Source: Candidatus Multivoradales bacterium (lineage in GTDB: Bacteria; Acidobacteriota; Thermoanaerobaculia; Multivoradales; JAHEKO01). From it: a DNA stretch of 64,000 nt. The position numbers and the translations under genes are program-made. Below, one piece after another: positions 27,296 to 35,484 of the stretch. Under the pieces are notes generated by a model that did no database searches, was not told where the DNA came from, and saw nothing but the letters and a program-made list of their open reading frames with translations. Where the stretch lies: assembly GCA_965223155.1 (NCBI GenBank), contig CBDCVR010000015.1:64001-128000 (forward strand), written 5' to 3'. Numbering within the stretch: the stretch's first letter is position 1; the number at the start of each line of letters is the position of its first letter.

Positions 27296-29074
27296 TCACC
27301 TTTCCAAAGGACGTGTTGGCGTAGTTGCGTCAACGTACACCAGTGCATGGAACCCATCTGGAATGACTGCACGGTAGAAACCAAAATCGGCAGGCCAAAG
27401 GCCGATGTTGCGGTGAAGCATTGGGGCTTCTAGAGGCCGAAATCGAATCGACCCTTCACGGGGCCTCAGGTCGAGGGCGAACAACCGGCGCTTTGCAAGG
27501 TGCAATGCCTGCTCCAATGATCCCGTCGGTCCAGCAAACAACGCGTACGTCCGAAGACTCGACCCATCGAAAGCCACGTACTCCCCGCTGTTGGTAAACA
27601 AGCCGACAGAGAGTACTTCGTTGGGAAATTGCTCTTCGAGTCGCTGACCCATCGCATTCTCGTCGAGCCGCACGTGGGTGTTATGTGCCCAAGCGACAAT
27701 TCTGGCTCTCGCAGGCAATTGTTCGCGGAGCCAGGCCAGGTTTTCCGCCATGTAGCGATCGCGCACACGGATGTCTTGCGTTGCGGATATCTGGGCTGAC
27801 TGCCACACTAGGTCAGCATCGAACAGGGTCCGCTCTGACGCGCCGGCAGTTTCGAGTATCGCGCGCACTTTCTTGGCAGCCGTAGCCCACGCAAGGTATT
27901 CCGCTGTTTCTCGAAGGGGGTACCAACCCGACTCCCACGCCATGCGCATCGGTGTCAACAGATCGCCAACTTGGCTCAACGCGTCAGGATCCAGACCCGT
28001 AGACCCGGCTTGTAGTCGCTCGATAGGGCCCAGCGGGACCTGCGAGTCAATACCCGTAACGGAGATCTGCACATCGCCCCGCGCCGTCGCCTCCCGCATC
28101 CATCGCACAAACTCGACGAACTCCCGCCTTGCCCAGAAACTGAACAGTCCCTTGATGGCATCAGAGGCGTCCCCCTCACCGGTTTGGACGAAATGATCGA
28201 TACGCTCCACTTTGTCGGGATGATCTTCAATTGCCAGCACCAAATGGCCTCCTTGTAGCGCAAGCCACCTGAAGATCCGCGCTTTCAAGTCGAAGAACTC
28301 CGAAGTGCCGTGTGTTGACTCACCCAAGAGGATCAACGGCTTGTCGCCTACCAACTCGACCAACTGTTCAAGGTCGTCCAACGGGGCGGTCGGATCCGTG
28401 GTTGCCAGCTCAACAGAGTGCTCGCGAATCCACCTGACTAGTTGGGGGGATGTTGGTTCTTGCCCGGGAAGTGCCGGGCCTGCGTCGGTACCATCCACCG
28501 TCAGGCGCAATCTGTTCAGAGTCATTTCTCCGTGACCGCGATACTCAGCAACTAGCTGTGCGTTCCACGAGTTGTGGGGAACTCGAGCAATCGCCTCGAT
28601 TCGTCCGGCCGAACTCCAGCCGGAGTAGAACTCCGTGACCTCCCAGTCTTCGCTCAGGACCAACACGCCGATGCGCGCGGACGCTGAGGACGACAGGGGC
28701 CTCTGAACCGTGGCAGAAAACTGCAGCTGTTGACCGGCAAACGAACTGTTCAAATCGTACACCGCGCCAGCTTTTTTCAGCTCCATCCACTGTGGGTCAC
28801 GATCGAGTCGTAGTTCTCCCGCTTGGGCCCTAACCTCCACGGTCACCCCAGCATTGGACAACTCGTGAAAAGCCCACCCCCAGGTCGAACCGTCAACCAA
28901 ACTCGGAATCGAGAAGTCTAGGTTTAGGGGGATAGGGTTCTCCATGCTGGGCGGCGGCGAAACCTTGACACAGCTCGCGATAATGAGACTCGCGAGCGTG
29001 GCCGCCGTTCCAGTTCGCAAACTCAGCCCGGCTCTGGTCGTCGGGGTCGGCGCAAAGCCAGCGATGTTTACCAT
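27296..29074 (-). CDS. Erythromycin esterase (Ere/TIKI superfamily) lipoprotein
   Basis: LLGESTHGTSEF, LAIE, RDRYMAENL, WAHNTHV. Lipobox-like IIASC. Confidence 0.82.
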   Translation of the reverse strand: MVNIAGFAPTPTTRAGLSLRTGTAATLASLIIASCVKVSPPPSMENPIPLNLDFSIPSLVDGSTWGWAFHELSNAGVTVEVRAQAGELRLDRDPQWMELKKAGAVYDLNSSFAGQQLQFSATVQRPLSSSASARIGVLVLSEDWEVTEFYSGWSSAGRIEAIARVPHNSWNAQLVAEYRGHGEMTLNRLRLTVDGTDAGPALPGQEPTSPQLVRWIREHSVELATTDPTAPLDDLEQLVELVGDKPLILLGESTHGTSEFFDLKARIFRWLALQGGHLVLAIEDHPDKVERIDHFVQTGEGDASDAIKGLFSFWARREFVEFVRWMREATARGDVQISVTGIDSQVPLGPIERLQAGSTGLDPDALSQVGDLLTPMRMAWESGWYPLRETAEYLAWATAAKKVRAILETAGASERTLFDADLVWQSAQISATQDIRVRDRYMAENLAWLREQLPARARIVAWAHNTHVRLDENAMGQRLEEQFPNEVLSVGLFTNSGEYVAFDGSSLRTYALFAGPTGSLEQALHLAKRRLFALDLRPREGSIRFRPLEAPMLHRNIGLWPADFGFYRAVIPDGFHALVYVDATTPTRPLER

Positions 29075-29117
29075 TCGATCCTTTGCCGGTCGCGAGAAAA
29101 CTCTCCAGAGGGACCAT

Positions 29118-29235
29118 TAAGTCGCGCCGGGAATCCCGGAGGCTCGAGACCTTGAGAGGATGGAGCCATGGGAACAAGCAAGCGGTATGCACCAGAAGTC
29201 AGGGAGCGGGCGGTGCGGATGGTGCTTGAGCGGGG
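29118..29235 (+). mobile_element. IS3-family remnant (left end plus first ~21 codons of transposase OrfA)
   Basis: IR-like TAAGTCGCGCCGGGAATCCCGGAGGCTC, then CTTGAGAGGATGGAGCC-ATG, encoding MGTSKRYAPEVRERAVRMVLE. Confidence 0.75.
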
Positions 29236-29237
29236 GC

Positions 29238-29320
29238 GAGAGCACAACACGAAGTCCGTTTCGAGCCAACTGGCGGCATGTCTCCAGGCCGAGTCCCCGG
29301 TTGCCTCCGGGCGACACACG
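29238..29320 (-). pseudogene. N-terminal fragment of an SDR oxidoreductase
   Basis: GGNRGLGLETCRQLARNGLRVVL (Rossmann GxxxGxG). Ends at the IS remnant. Confidence 0.7.
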
Positions 29321-29321
29321 T

Positions 29322-29744
29322 CTACACAATCCGACGCGAGCTCCAGATCGGCACGTGCACCCAGTCGGACTCCCTTCTCGCCAATCTCCGTAGTTCGCCG
29401 TCGATGGGTGAATCTATTCACTCCACCGTCGCGGCGCCGCCAGCGACCACGGCTGCCTCAAGTCCGGATAAATAGCTGTCGATGATCTCCACTTCGCTGC
29501 TCCGTAAAGCCAGCACGGCAACGCCATCCGCTTCGACGCGGCTGTCGATAATGCGCACTTCACAATTCCCGTGGGCCACGATGCCATCTTCGACCGAATG
29601 GATGACGCGGTCCGTGATCACCAGTTCCTCGCCGGAGTTGCAAACGATTGGCCCCCCGTCTTGGCGGTCTTGGGCCTCAAGGTGTCGAGGCCAGGGAACG
29701 CCAACGACACAGAGCAATGTGATCAATCCAAACACTCTTCTCAT
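29322..29744 (-). pseudogene. Secreted beta-helix repeat protein with an in-frame TGA at 29418-29420
   Basis: Signal peptide and a 22-aa period: EVRIIDS / EVEIIDS / TVE*IDS. Confidence 0.55.
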
Positions 29745-29763
29745 GAGTTCATCTAACCCTCTC

Positions 29764-30198
29764 TCAATACACACCGCCTACGAAGCGACGACAGAAAGAG
29801 TCCTCGCCTGGCGATCCGCCGCTCGCGGCCACCGACAGGCGGGCGAGGTGAAAATCCCAACCACGACCTGCGGCCTCGTCGATCGACAGATCCAAACCGG
29901 ACTGAGTGACGTCCACACGACTGCCATCGGATTCCGGCGTAATCCGTACCTCAATCAGACTCGGCGGTGCGGCGCCCGCCCGCGCTTCAAATAGGACAAG
30001 CGATGGGGCTTCGATCTTCAGGAAGCGACCCTCAATCACCCCCGCGCCGCCCATGTCAACCCGGTACAGGCCCTGGGGATTCGGCTCGACTCCCGCCGTC
30101 CGATCGCACCACCGAACCATCTTCTTCGGGTCCGTGAAATATTCGAAAACGATATCTGGTGGAGCGTCAATCCAAATGGACTTGTCCAGGTCCCTCAA
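29764..30198 (-). CDS. SRPBCC (AHSA1-like) domain protein
   Basis: IWIDAPPDIVFEYFTDPKKMVRW, GWDFHLARL. Overlaps the ArsR stop. Confidence 0.85.
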   Translation of the reverse strand: MRDLDKSIWIDAPPDIVFEYFTDPKKMVRWCDRTAGVEPNPQGLYRVDMGGAGVIEGRFLKIEAPSLVLFEARAGAAPPSLIEVRITPESDGSRVDVTQSGLDLSIDEAAGRGWDFHLARLSVAASGGSPGEDSFCRRFVGGVY

Positions 30199-30521
30199 TC
30201 TCGATGCCTCCTTCTCTGCGTCGAATCAGATTCGACGACAGACTTCAGGCGAGGCAGCGCGTTGTTCCAAAACTGGTCGAAGCTCACGCGGAGCCGTTGC
30301 ACTGCCTCGACATCGATCGAATACAGCCTCGACTGAGCTTCACGTCTCACACGGATCAACCCAACGTCGCGCAGCACGTTCAGATGTTGTGAAATCGCCG
30401 GTCGAGTGACAGAAAAGTGGCTTGCGATCGCTCCGGCGCGTTGCTCGCCCTTGGATAGATGTTGCAGGATCTGGGCACGAATCGGGTCCGAGATGGCGCG
30501 AAGTTGTTCTCGTAGCATCAT
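30195..30521 (-). CDS. ArsR/SmtB family transcriptional regulator
   Basis: AISDPIRAQIL, VTRPAISQHLNVLRDVGLI, RLYS. Confidence 0.9.
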   Translation of the reverse strand: MMLREQLRAISDPIRAQILQHLSKGEQRAGAIASHFSVTRPAISQHLNVLRDVGLIRVRREAQSRLYSIDVEAVQRLRVSFDQFWNNALPRLKSVVESDSTQRRRHRD

Positions 30522-30531
30522 GCTTTAGGCC

Positions 30532-30563
30532 ATCCTTTCGTAAGGATACACTTACGGAAGGAT
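30532..30563. promoter_or_regulatory. Probable ArsR operator (13-bp inverted repeat)
   Basis: ATCCTTTCGTAAG-GATACA-CTTACGGAAGGAT, 12/13 symmetric, directly upstream of the ArsR gene. Confidence 0.75.
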
Positions 30564-30841
30564 TGTAGCAAGAGATCCGCAAACGTACTTGGCGCACGAG
30601 ATCGATCCGGCAAGAGCGTGCATCTGTCGCACGAGGTCAGGGCCGATTGCCGCTCTCTCGGCTCAAGACTTTCTCGGAGAAGGTCGCTTCTCGCATCTCG
30701 GAAGAAACGCTTCTCCACAAGAGCTGCAACGCGTTGGACTCAGCCGCGCCAGGGGATGGCGACTCCTTCTGCTCGGTCGCGATCCCACCTAGCAACCTGT
30801 CCGCATTCCGGGGTCCACCTCTGCTCTGCTCGACGGCGCCG

Positions 30842-30870
30842 TCGGCCTGGGCTTCGGCTATCGCTTCTGA
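30842..30870 (+). repeat. Direct repeat copy 2 (encodes GLGFGYRF-stop)
   Basis: TCGGCCTGGGCTTCGGCTATCGCTTCTGA. Confidence 0.8.
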
Positions 30871-31034
30871 GCGGGATCGGCTTCGGGCCACCCGGTGCCG
30901 GTGCCAGGACCGGGAGACCAAGCGGGGCCGGCACGGTATGCCGTTGCTTTCGAGCTAGGTCGTTGGCTGTCGGCCGCCGCTGAGCCTGAACCCGTGGGAC
31001 TCGACCCTTGGGACGGGATCCATGGGGACGTGAA

Positions 31035-31110
31035 TGGTGCCCAGGGGCGGAATCGAACCACCGACACCCTGATTTTCAGTCAGGTGCTCTACCGACTGAG
31101 CTACCTGGGC
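31035..31110 (-). tRNA. tRNA-Phe (GAA)
   Basis: GCCCAGGTAGCTCAGTCGGTAGAGCA-CCTGACTGAAAATCAGG...GTTCGATT...CTGGGCACCA. Promoter TTGACG-N18-TATAAA upstream. Confidence 0.98.
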
Positions 31111-31415
31111 ACGGGACCCGGAAAAAGTCCCAGCGCTTTATAGCCGCCCGGAACGGTCGCCGTCAAGACAAAACGGGCGTCCCTTCGGACGAAACCGGCC
31201 GCCGCCGAGCCCACGGGCCGTTCCGGCTGCCGCCGGCATCCGGCGACAGCCAGCGGGCGACTCCGAACTCCCGGACCAAGGCGCTTGCGCCTCGTCCGGA
31301 AGGCCCCGCGGGCCGGCCGGATAGCGCTCGGAGCCGGTTCTCGTTTCCGGATCTTGCGCGAGGTTAAGATTATCGTTACAGTAAGATCGTTCCGAAAACC
31401 GAAAGGAGTCCCGAA

Positions 31416-32000
31416 ATGCGGCCGAGGTACCAGCGTAGCTTGTCGATTCTTGTCGGAGTTGGAGCGGCGACCCTCCTGCTTCTGGGGTGTCCGCCTGCCG
31501 CCCAGGAAGAGCCCATGGCCGCGGAGTCGAATGGCGGCGACACCGTGTACGCCCCCTCTCCACAGGAGGAAGTTGCGGCGGGGCGTCCGCCGTTTCGAGC
31601 CGTGGACCTCACCTACATGGGCAAGGACGACGAGTGCGCCGCCGAATGGGCTGGCGACGAGTGCGTGATGGTGCGACCGTACGACGCCACCATCTGGAAG
31701 AACAAGACGGTCTACAACGGCAAGCCCAAGAAGGTGCGCTGGTGGATCGACGACCAGCAGGAAGGCAACTACTACTTCGAGATCGCTTACAAGGGAGCGG
31801 ACCCCGCCAACAACTGGCTGGGAACGATCCCCGCCATCGATTGCGGCGACAAGAAGACCAAGAGCTCCAACGTGGCCGGGTCGGTCAAGCCGGGCGACAA
31901 TCTGGCCTGGCCCTATCGGATCACCGTCTACGCCTGCGAGGACGGCGAGAAGGCCGACTGCCTGTGCAAGACCGATCCCCGGATCGAGATTCACGACTGA
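31416..32000 (+). CDS. Hypothetical cysteine-rich lipoprotein
   Basis: RBS AAAGGAG, lipobox LLLGC, six further Cys, C-terminal DPRIEI. Strong GC3 codon bias. Confidence 0.75.
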   Translation: MRPRYQRSLSILVGVGAATLLLLGCPPAAQEEPMAAESNGGDTVYAPSPQEEVAAGRPPFRAVDLTYMGKDDECAAEWAGDECVMVRPYDATIWKNKTVYNGKPKKVRWWIDDQQEGNYYFEIAYKGADPANNWLGTIPAIDCGDKKTKSSNVAGSVKPGDNLAWPYRITVYACEDGEKADCLCKTDPRIEIHD

Positions 32001-32012
32001 GCGCGGAAGCGC

Positions 32013-34619
32013 TCAGGGCGTGCCGGCGGCGGTAAGCCGCTCGAACGCTTCGGTCGCGTGGAAGCGGCGAAACTCGTCCTCCTGACGGATGAGATCCGCC
32101 GACACCCCCAGGGAGATCGCCTGGCCCAGCGCCTCGAGCGCCTCGCCGTCTTCTCCGCAAAGAGCGTGCACCAGTGCCCGATCGTGGAAGTTCTGACCGG
32201 TCGGTGGTAGCTCGGCCTTGAGGCCCGAAGCCAGCTCGGTCGCGACCGCGCACTCCCCAGCCTTGGCGGCGTAGAGCGCTCTCGAGACCCGCAGCTCGTT
32301 GGACTGCGGCGTCCGCTCGAGAGCCGCTTCCACCAGCTCCATCGCGCGCCGGTACGACGCGTGGGCGGCGTGGGTCTCGCCGCGGCGCAGCAGAAGGTCG
32401 GCCAGATTGCCGTGCTTGATCGGGTCGGCAGGCTCCAACCGCACCGCCAGCCGGTAAAACTCCTCGGCCTTGTCCAGGCGGTCCGCGAAGTAATAGGCGG
32501 TCCCGATGTTGCCCGCCAGCCTGGCATCCTCAATGGGGTGATCGAGCGCCTCGTAGGCAGCAATGGCGCCCTTGAAGTCCGCCTCCCGGAGGTACACCGC
32601 GGCCAGGTTCCAGTGCGGCCAGCCGATCCCCTCCGGAGCCAAGTCCGCGGCCTCTTCGAAGGCCGCGCGCGCCCCCGGATAGTCGCCCTTGCGCACCAGG
32701 AAGCCGCCCAGGGAGTTCCAGTGAAACCAGTGATCGCTGCGTAGCGCGACCGCCGTCCTGAGCGAGCTTTCCGCCGCCGCGAGGTCCCCGGCCTCTTCGT
32801 AGGCGAAGGCCAGCTCCCGATGGGCCTCGTCCGGTCGCGGGTGCCGCGCCAGGAGCGAGCGCAGCTCGGCAAGCGATTCCGCATACCGCCCCGAGGCCCT
32901 CAGCACTTTGGCCATTCCCAGAAGGGCCGCTGGCAGCGACGCATCCAGCTCCAGGGCACGGTTCGCTGAGCGCTCGGCCTCGGCCAGCCAACTGGGGTCC
33001 TTCGAGCGCTCGAAGAGCCGCAACGAGGCTTCGGTCAGACCGGCCTCGGCCAGAGCGAAGTCTGGATCCGTGCGCACGGCCTCGCGAAACAGGTCCCGGG
33101 CGAACTCCAGGCTGCGGGGCCGGTCCACGGTCTCCAAGAACTGGTGCGCCTGGAGGTAGAGATCGTAGGCCCGCGCGGAACCGGTTGGCTCACGCGCCAG
33201 CCGGCGGCGCTCGGACCAGGAGAGCGGCACCGAGACGAACCGGGCCAGGTCGCGAGCCATCGAGCCCTGCAAGGCGGCCATCCCGTCCCGGGCGCCGTGA
33301 TAGCTCTCGGACCACAAGACGACGCCGTTGCCGGCGTCGGCCAAGTGGACGTCGACCCGCAGTCCGTTCGGTTCGCGGTGGAACTCGCCTCCCACGATGG
33401 CGGCGACCCCCAGCTTCTTGCCCAGCTCGGTGGGGCTCAAGCCTTCCCGCTCGAAGCTCCAAGCCTCGGACCGGCTGAGCACGCTCAGGCCGCCGGCGTT
33501 GGTCAGTTGGGCGATGAGAGCCGCGCCCAGGCCTTCTCCGAGGTAGTCCTGGTTGGCGTCGCCCGTGAGATTCTGGAACGGCAAGACGGCCAGGACGTCG
33601 TAGCCGGCCGGAGCCCGATCTTGACGCGCGCTCAGCGTCCAAAAGGCGAGACCGGCGAGGCCGAGTCCGGCCAGCACCGCCAGCACCGTAAGTAGCCGAC
33701 CAGGCCAGCGGCCGGCGCGGACCGGTTCCAGCTCGTCAGTCAGCGTCGAGGTACGCACTTGGCCCGAGGCCACCTCGCCACCGAGCGCCGCCAGGTCCTC
33801 GCGCAGATCCTGGGTTGCTCGGTACCGGTGTTCCACGTCTTTCGCCAGGCAGCGGCGCACGATCCGCCCCAGATGGAAGGGCAGGTCTTCGCGCAGCTCG
33901 GGCACTTGCCGGGGATCCTGCGTCAGGATCGCCGAAGCCACGTCCATCGAGCTCGCGCCCGCAAACGGCCGCTCACCCGTCGCCATCTCATGCAGGATGA
34001 CCCCGAGCGAGAAGATGTCGCTCTGGTGATCGACGGGCTGCCCGCGCACCTGCTCGGGCGACATGTACGCCAAGGTCCCCAGAACCCGGCCCGGATCGGT
34101 CAGAGTCTCGGCCGTTCGTCCGGCGGCATCGGTCGAGATGCCCTCGTCAACGCCGAGCTTGGCGAGGCCAAAGTCCAGGACCTTGACGGTTCCGTTTCGG
34201 TCCACCAGCACGTTGCTGGGCTTCAAGTCCCGGTGCACGACGCCCTGTTCGTGGGCGGCGGCGACCCCTTCGACCAGAGGCACCGCCAGATCGAAGAAGC
34301 GCTCCAGGGGCAGGCCGCCCGACGGAATGAGCTCGCCGAGGCGCCGCCCCTCGACCAATTCCATGGTCAGGAAATGAATGTCGTCGGCGTGCTCGACCGA
34401 ATGGATCGCCACGATGTTGGGGTGCTGGAGCCGGGCAAGCGCCTGCGCTTCGCGCTGAAACCGCTCGAGCCTCTCGGCGCTGGCCGCGAACTCCGGCGGC
34501 AGGACCTTGAGAGCTACTCGCCTCTTGAGCCGGCTGTCCTCGGCCACGAAGACCTCGCCCATGCCGCCGGCACCAAGCCTCTCTACAACTCGGTAGTGAG
34601 ACAGGCTTCGTCCAATCAT
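32013..34619 (-). CDS. Membrane Ser/Thr protein kinase with TolB-like and TPR extracytoplasmic domains
   Basis: LGAGGMGEV, VALK, HRDLKPSN, DFGLAK, YMSPEQ, one TM, AVLPFQNL, TPR-like repeats. Confidence 0.93.
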   Translation of the reverse strand: MIGRSLSHYRVVERLGAGGMGEVFVAEDSRLKRRVALKVLPPEFAASAERLERFQREAQALARLQHPNIVAIHSVEHADDIHFLTMELVEGRRLGELIPSGGLPLERFFDLAVPLVEGVAAAHEQGVVHRDLKPSNVLVDRNGTVKVLDFGLAKLGVDEGISTDAAGRTAETLTDPGRVLGTLAYMSPEQVRGQPVDHQSDIFSLGVILHEMATGERPFAGASSMDVASAILTQDPRQVPELREDLPFHLGRIVRRCLAKDVEHRYRATQDLREDLAALGGEVASGQVRTSTLTDELEPVRAGRWPGRLLTVLAVLAGLGLAGLAFWTLSARQDRAPAGYDVLAVLPFQNLTGDANQDYLGEGLGAALIAQLTNAGGLSVLSRSEAWSFEREGLSPTELGKKLGVAAIVGGEFHREPNGLRVDVHLADAGNGVVLWSESYHGARDGMAALQGSMARDLARFVSVPLSWSERRRLAREPTGSARAYDLYLQAHQFLETVDRPRSLEFARDLFREAVRTDPDFALAEAGLTEASLRLFERSKDPSWLAEAERSANRALELDASLPAALLGMAKVLRASGRYAESLAELRSLLARHPRPDEAHRELAFAYEEAGDLAAAESSLRTAVALRSDHWFHWNSLGGFLVRKGDYPGARAAFEEAADLAPEGIGWPHWNLAAVYLREADFKGAIAAYEALDHPIEDARLAGNIGTAYYFADRLDKAEEFYRLAVRLEPADPIKHGNLADLLLRRGETHAAHASYRRAMELVEAALERTPQSNELRVSRALYAAKAGECAVATELASGLKAELPPTGQNFHDRALVHALCGEDGEALEALGQAISLGVSADLIRQEDEFRRFHATEAFERLTAAGTP

Positions 34620-34719
34620 CGGTCCGCGCTCCCGCCGCGTATCCCGAGTATAAGTCCGGCCCGAGTCTTCGCGCGCAACGGCCTCACCCGGGCTTGCCCG
34701 GTCGCCATAGAATGGCTCC

Positions 34720-35469
34720 ATGAACTGGCAGGCGGCAGCCGGAGCTTGGCTTGCGATCGCGCTCGTGAGCGTGCCGCCCGCGTCCGGCTGGACCAAGGAG
34801 ACTCATCTCGAGATCGCAAAGCAGGCGGCGCTCATCGCGCCACCCGATCTCCTGCGCTTGGTCAAGCGGCACGAGCAGGCGTTCGTGCGCGGGGTCCTGG
34901 CGGAGCTGGGATCGGATCGTCACCGGGCGGCAAACGCCGATCCGACGCGATCGGCCGCCGCCAGCGCCCGCAAGGCGGCCACGGCAATCGCCCGCCTGAC
35001 ACCGTTCGAGACCGTAATTGAAGAACTGGGCCGGCTAGCGGTGCTCACGGCCGACAGCAACCACCCGCTGCGCCTCGCCGACGGCGACCCCGCCGAAGTT
35101 CGCTACCGGTCCGACTACGGCCGCTACGTCGGCAGCGCCTTTGCAAGGTTTCCAGTCGTGTTCTACGGCACCGGCAGGGATCTGCGCAGCGGCGAAGACG
35201 TCGAGCTCTTGTTCGGCCAGACCGGCCGGCGCGGACGGCGCCTCTACCCCATGATCGGCCGCGAGTATCAGCGCGTCGGCCGCATCGACGGAGTCCGGGA
35301 GTTCGACGACCGCTCGACAGCATTCGGTGTCGGCTCCTTGTCGTTCAGTCACTCGGTGAGCGATCTGGCCGCGCTCTACCGCTACGTCTGGCTGGCTTCG
35401 GGAGGCGCCGACAGCCGCGACCTGCCCCTGTCCCGTCCCGGACGCCAGGCGGCCGCGGTCGCCCGCTAG
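34720..35469 (+). CDS. Secreted phospholipase C/P1-nuclease-fold protein (degenerate)
   Basis: Signal peptide followed by W-x4-H (WTKETH), and a D-x3-PL segment. Confidence 0.5.
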   Translation: MNWQAAAGAWLAIALVSVPPASGWTKETHLEIAKQAALIAPPDLLRLVKRHEQAFVRGVLAELGSDRHRAANADPTRSAAASARKAATAIARLTPFETVIEELGRLAVLTADSNHPLRLADGDPAEVRYRSDYGRYVGSAFARFPVVFYGTGRDLRSGEDVELLFGQTGRRGRRLYPMIGREYQRVGRIDGVREFDDRSTAFGVGSLSFSHSVSDLAALYRYVWLASGGADSRDLPLSRPGRQAAAVAR

Positions 35470-35484
35470 CAGGAAACGCCGCGA

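Larger units (their letters stand above)
25400..31030. mobile_element. Decayed genomic island at the 3' end of tRNA-Phe (boundaries approximate, no integrase seen)
   Basis: Visibly lower GC and altered codon use, IS3 end remnants, pseudogenes, and accessory genes all on the minus strand next to a tRNA. Confidence 0.65.

Noticed and set aside
29750-29760. GTTAGAT (GTTRRRY) just upstream of the beta-helix gene
   Set aside because: An isolated 7-mer with no matching inverse core or stem.
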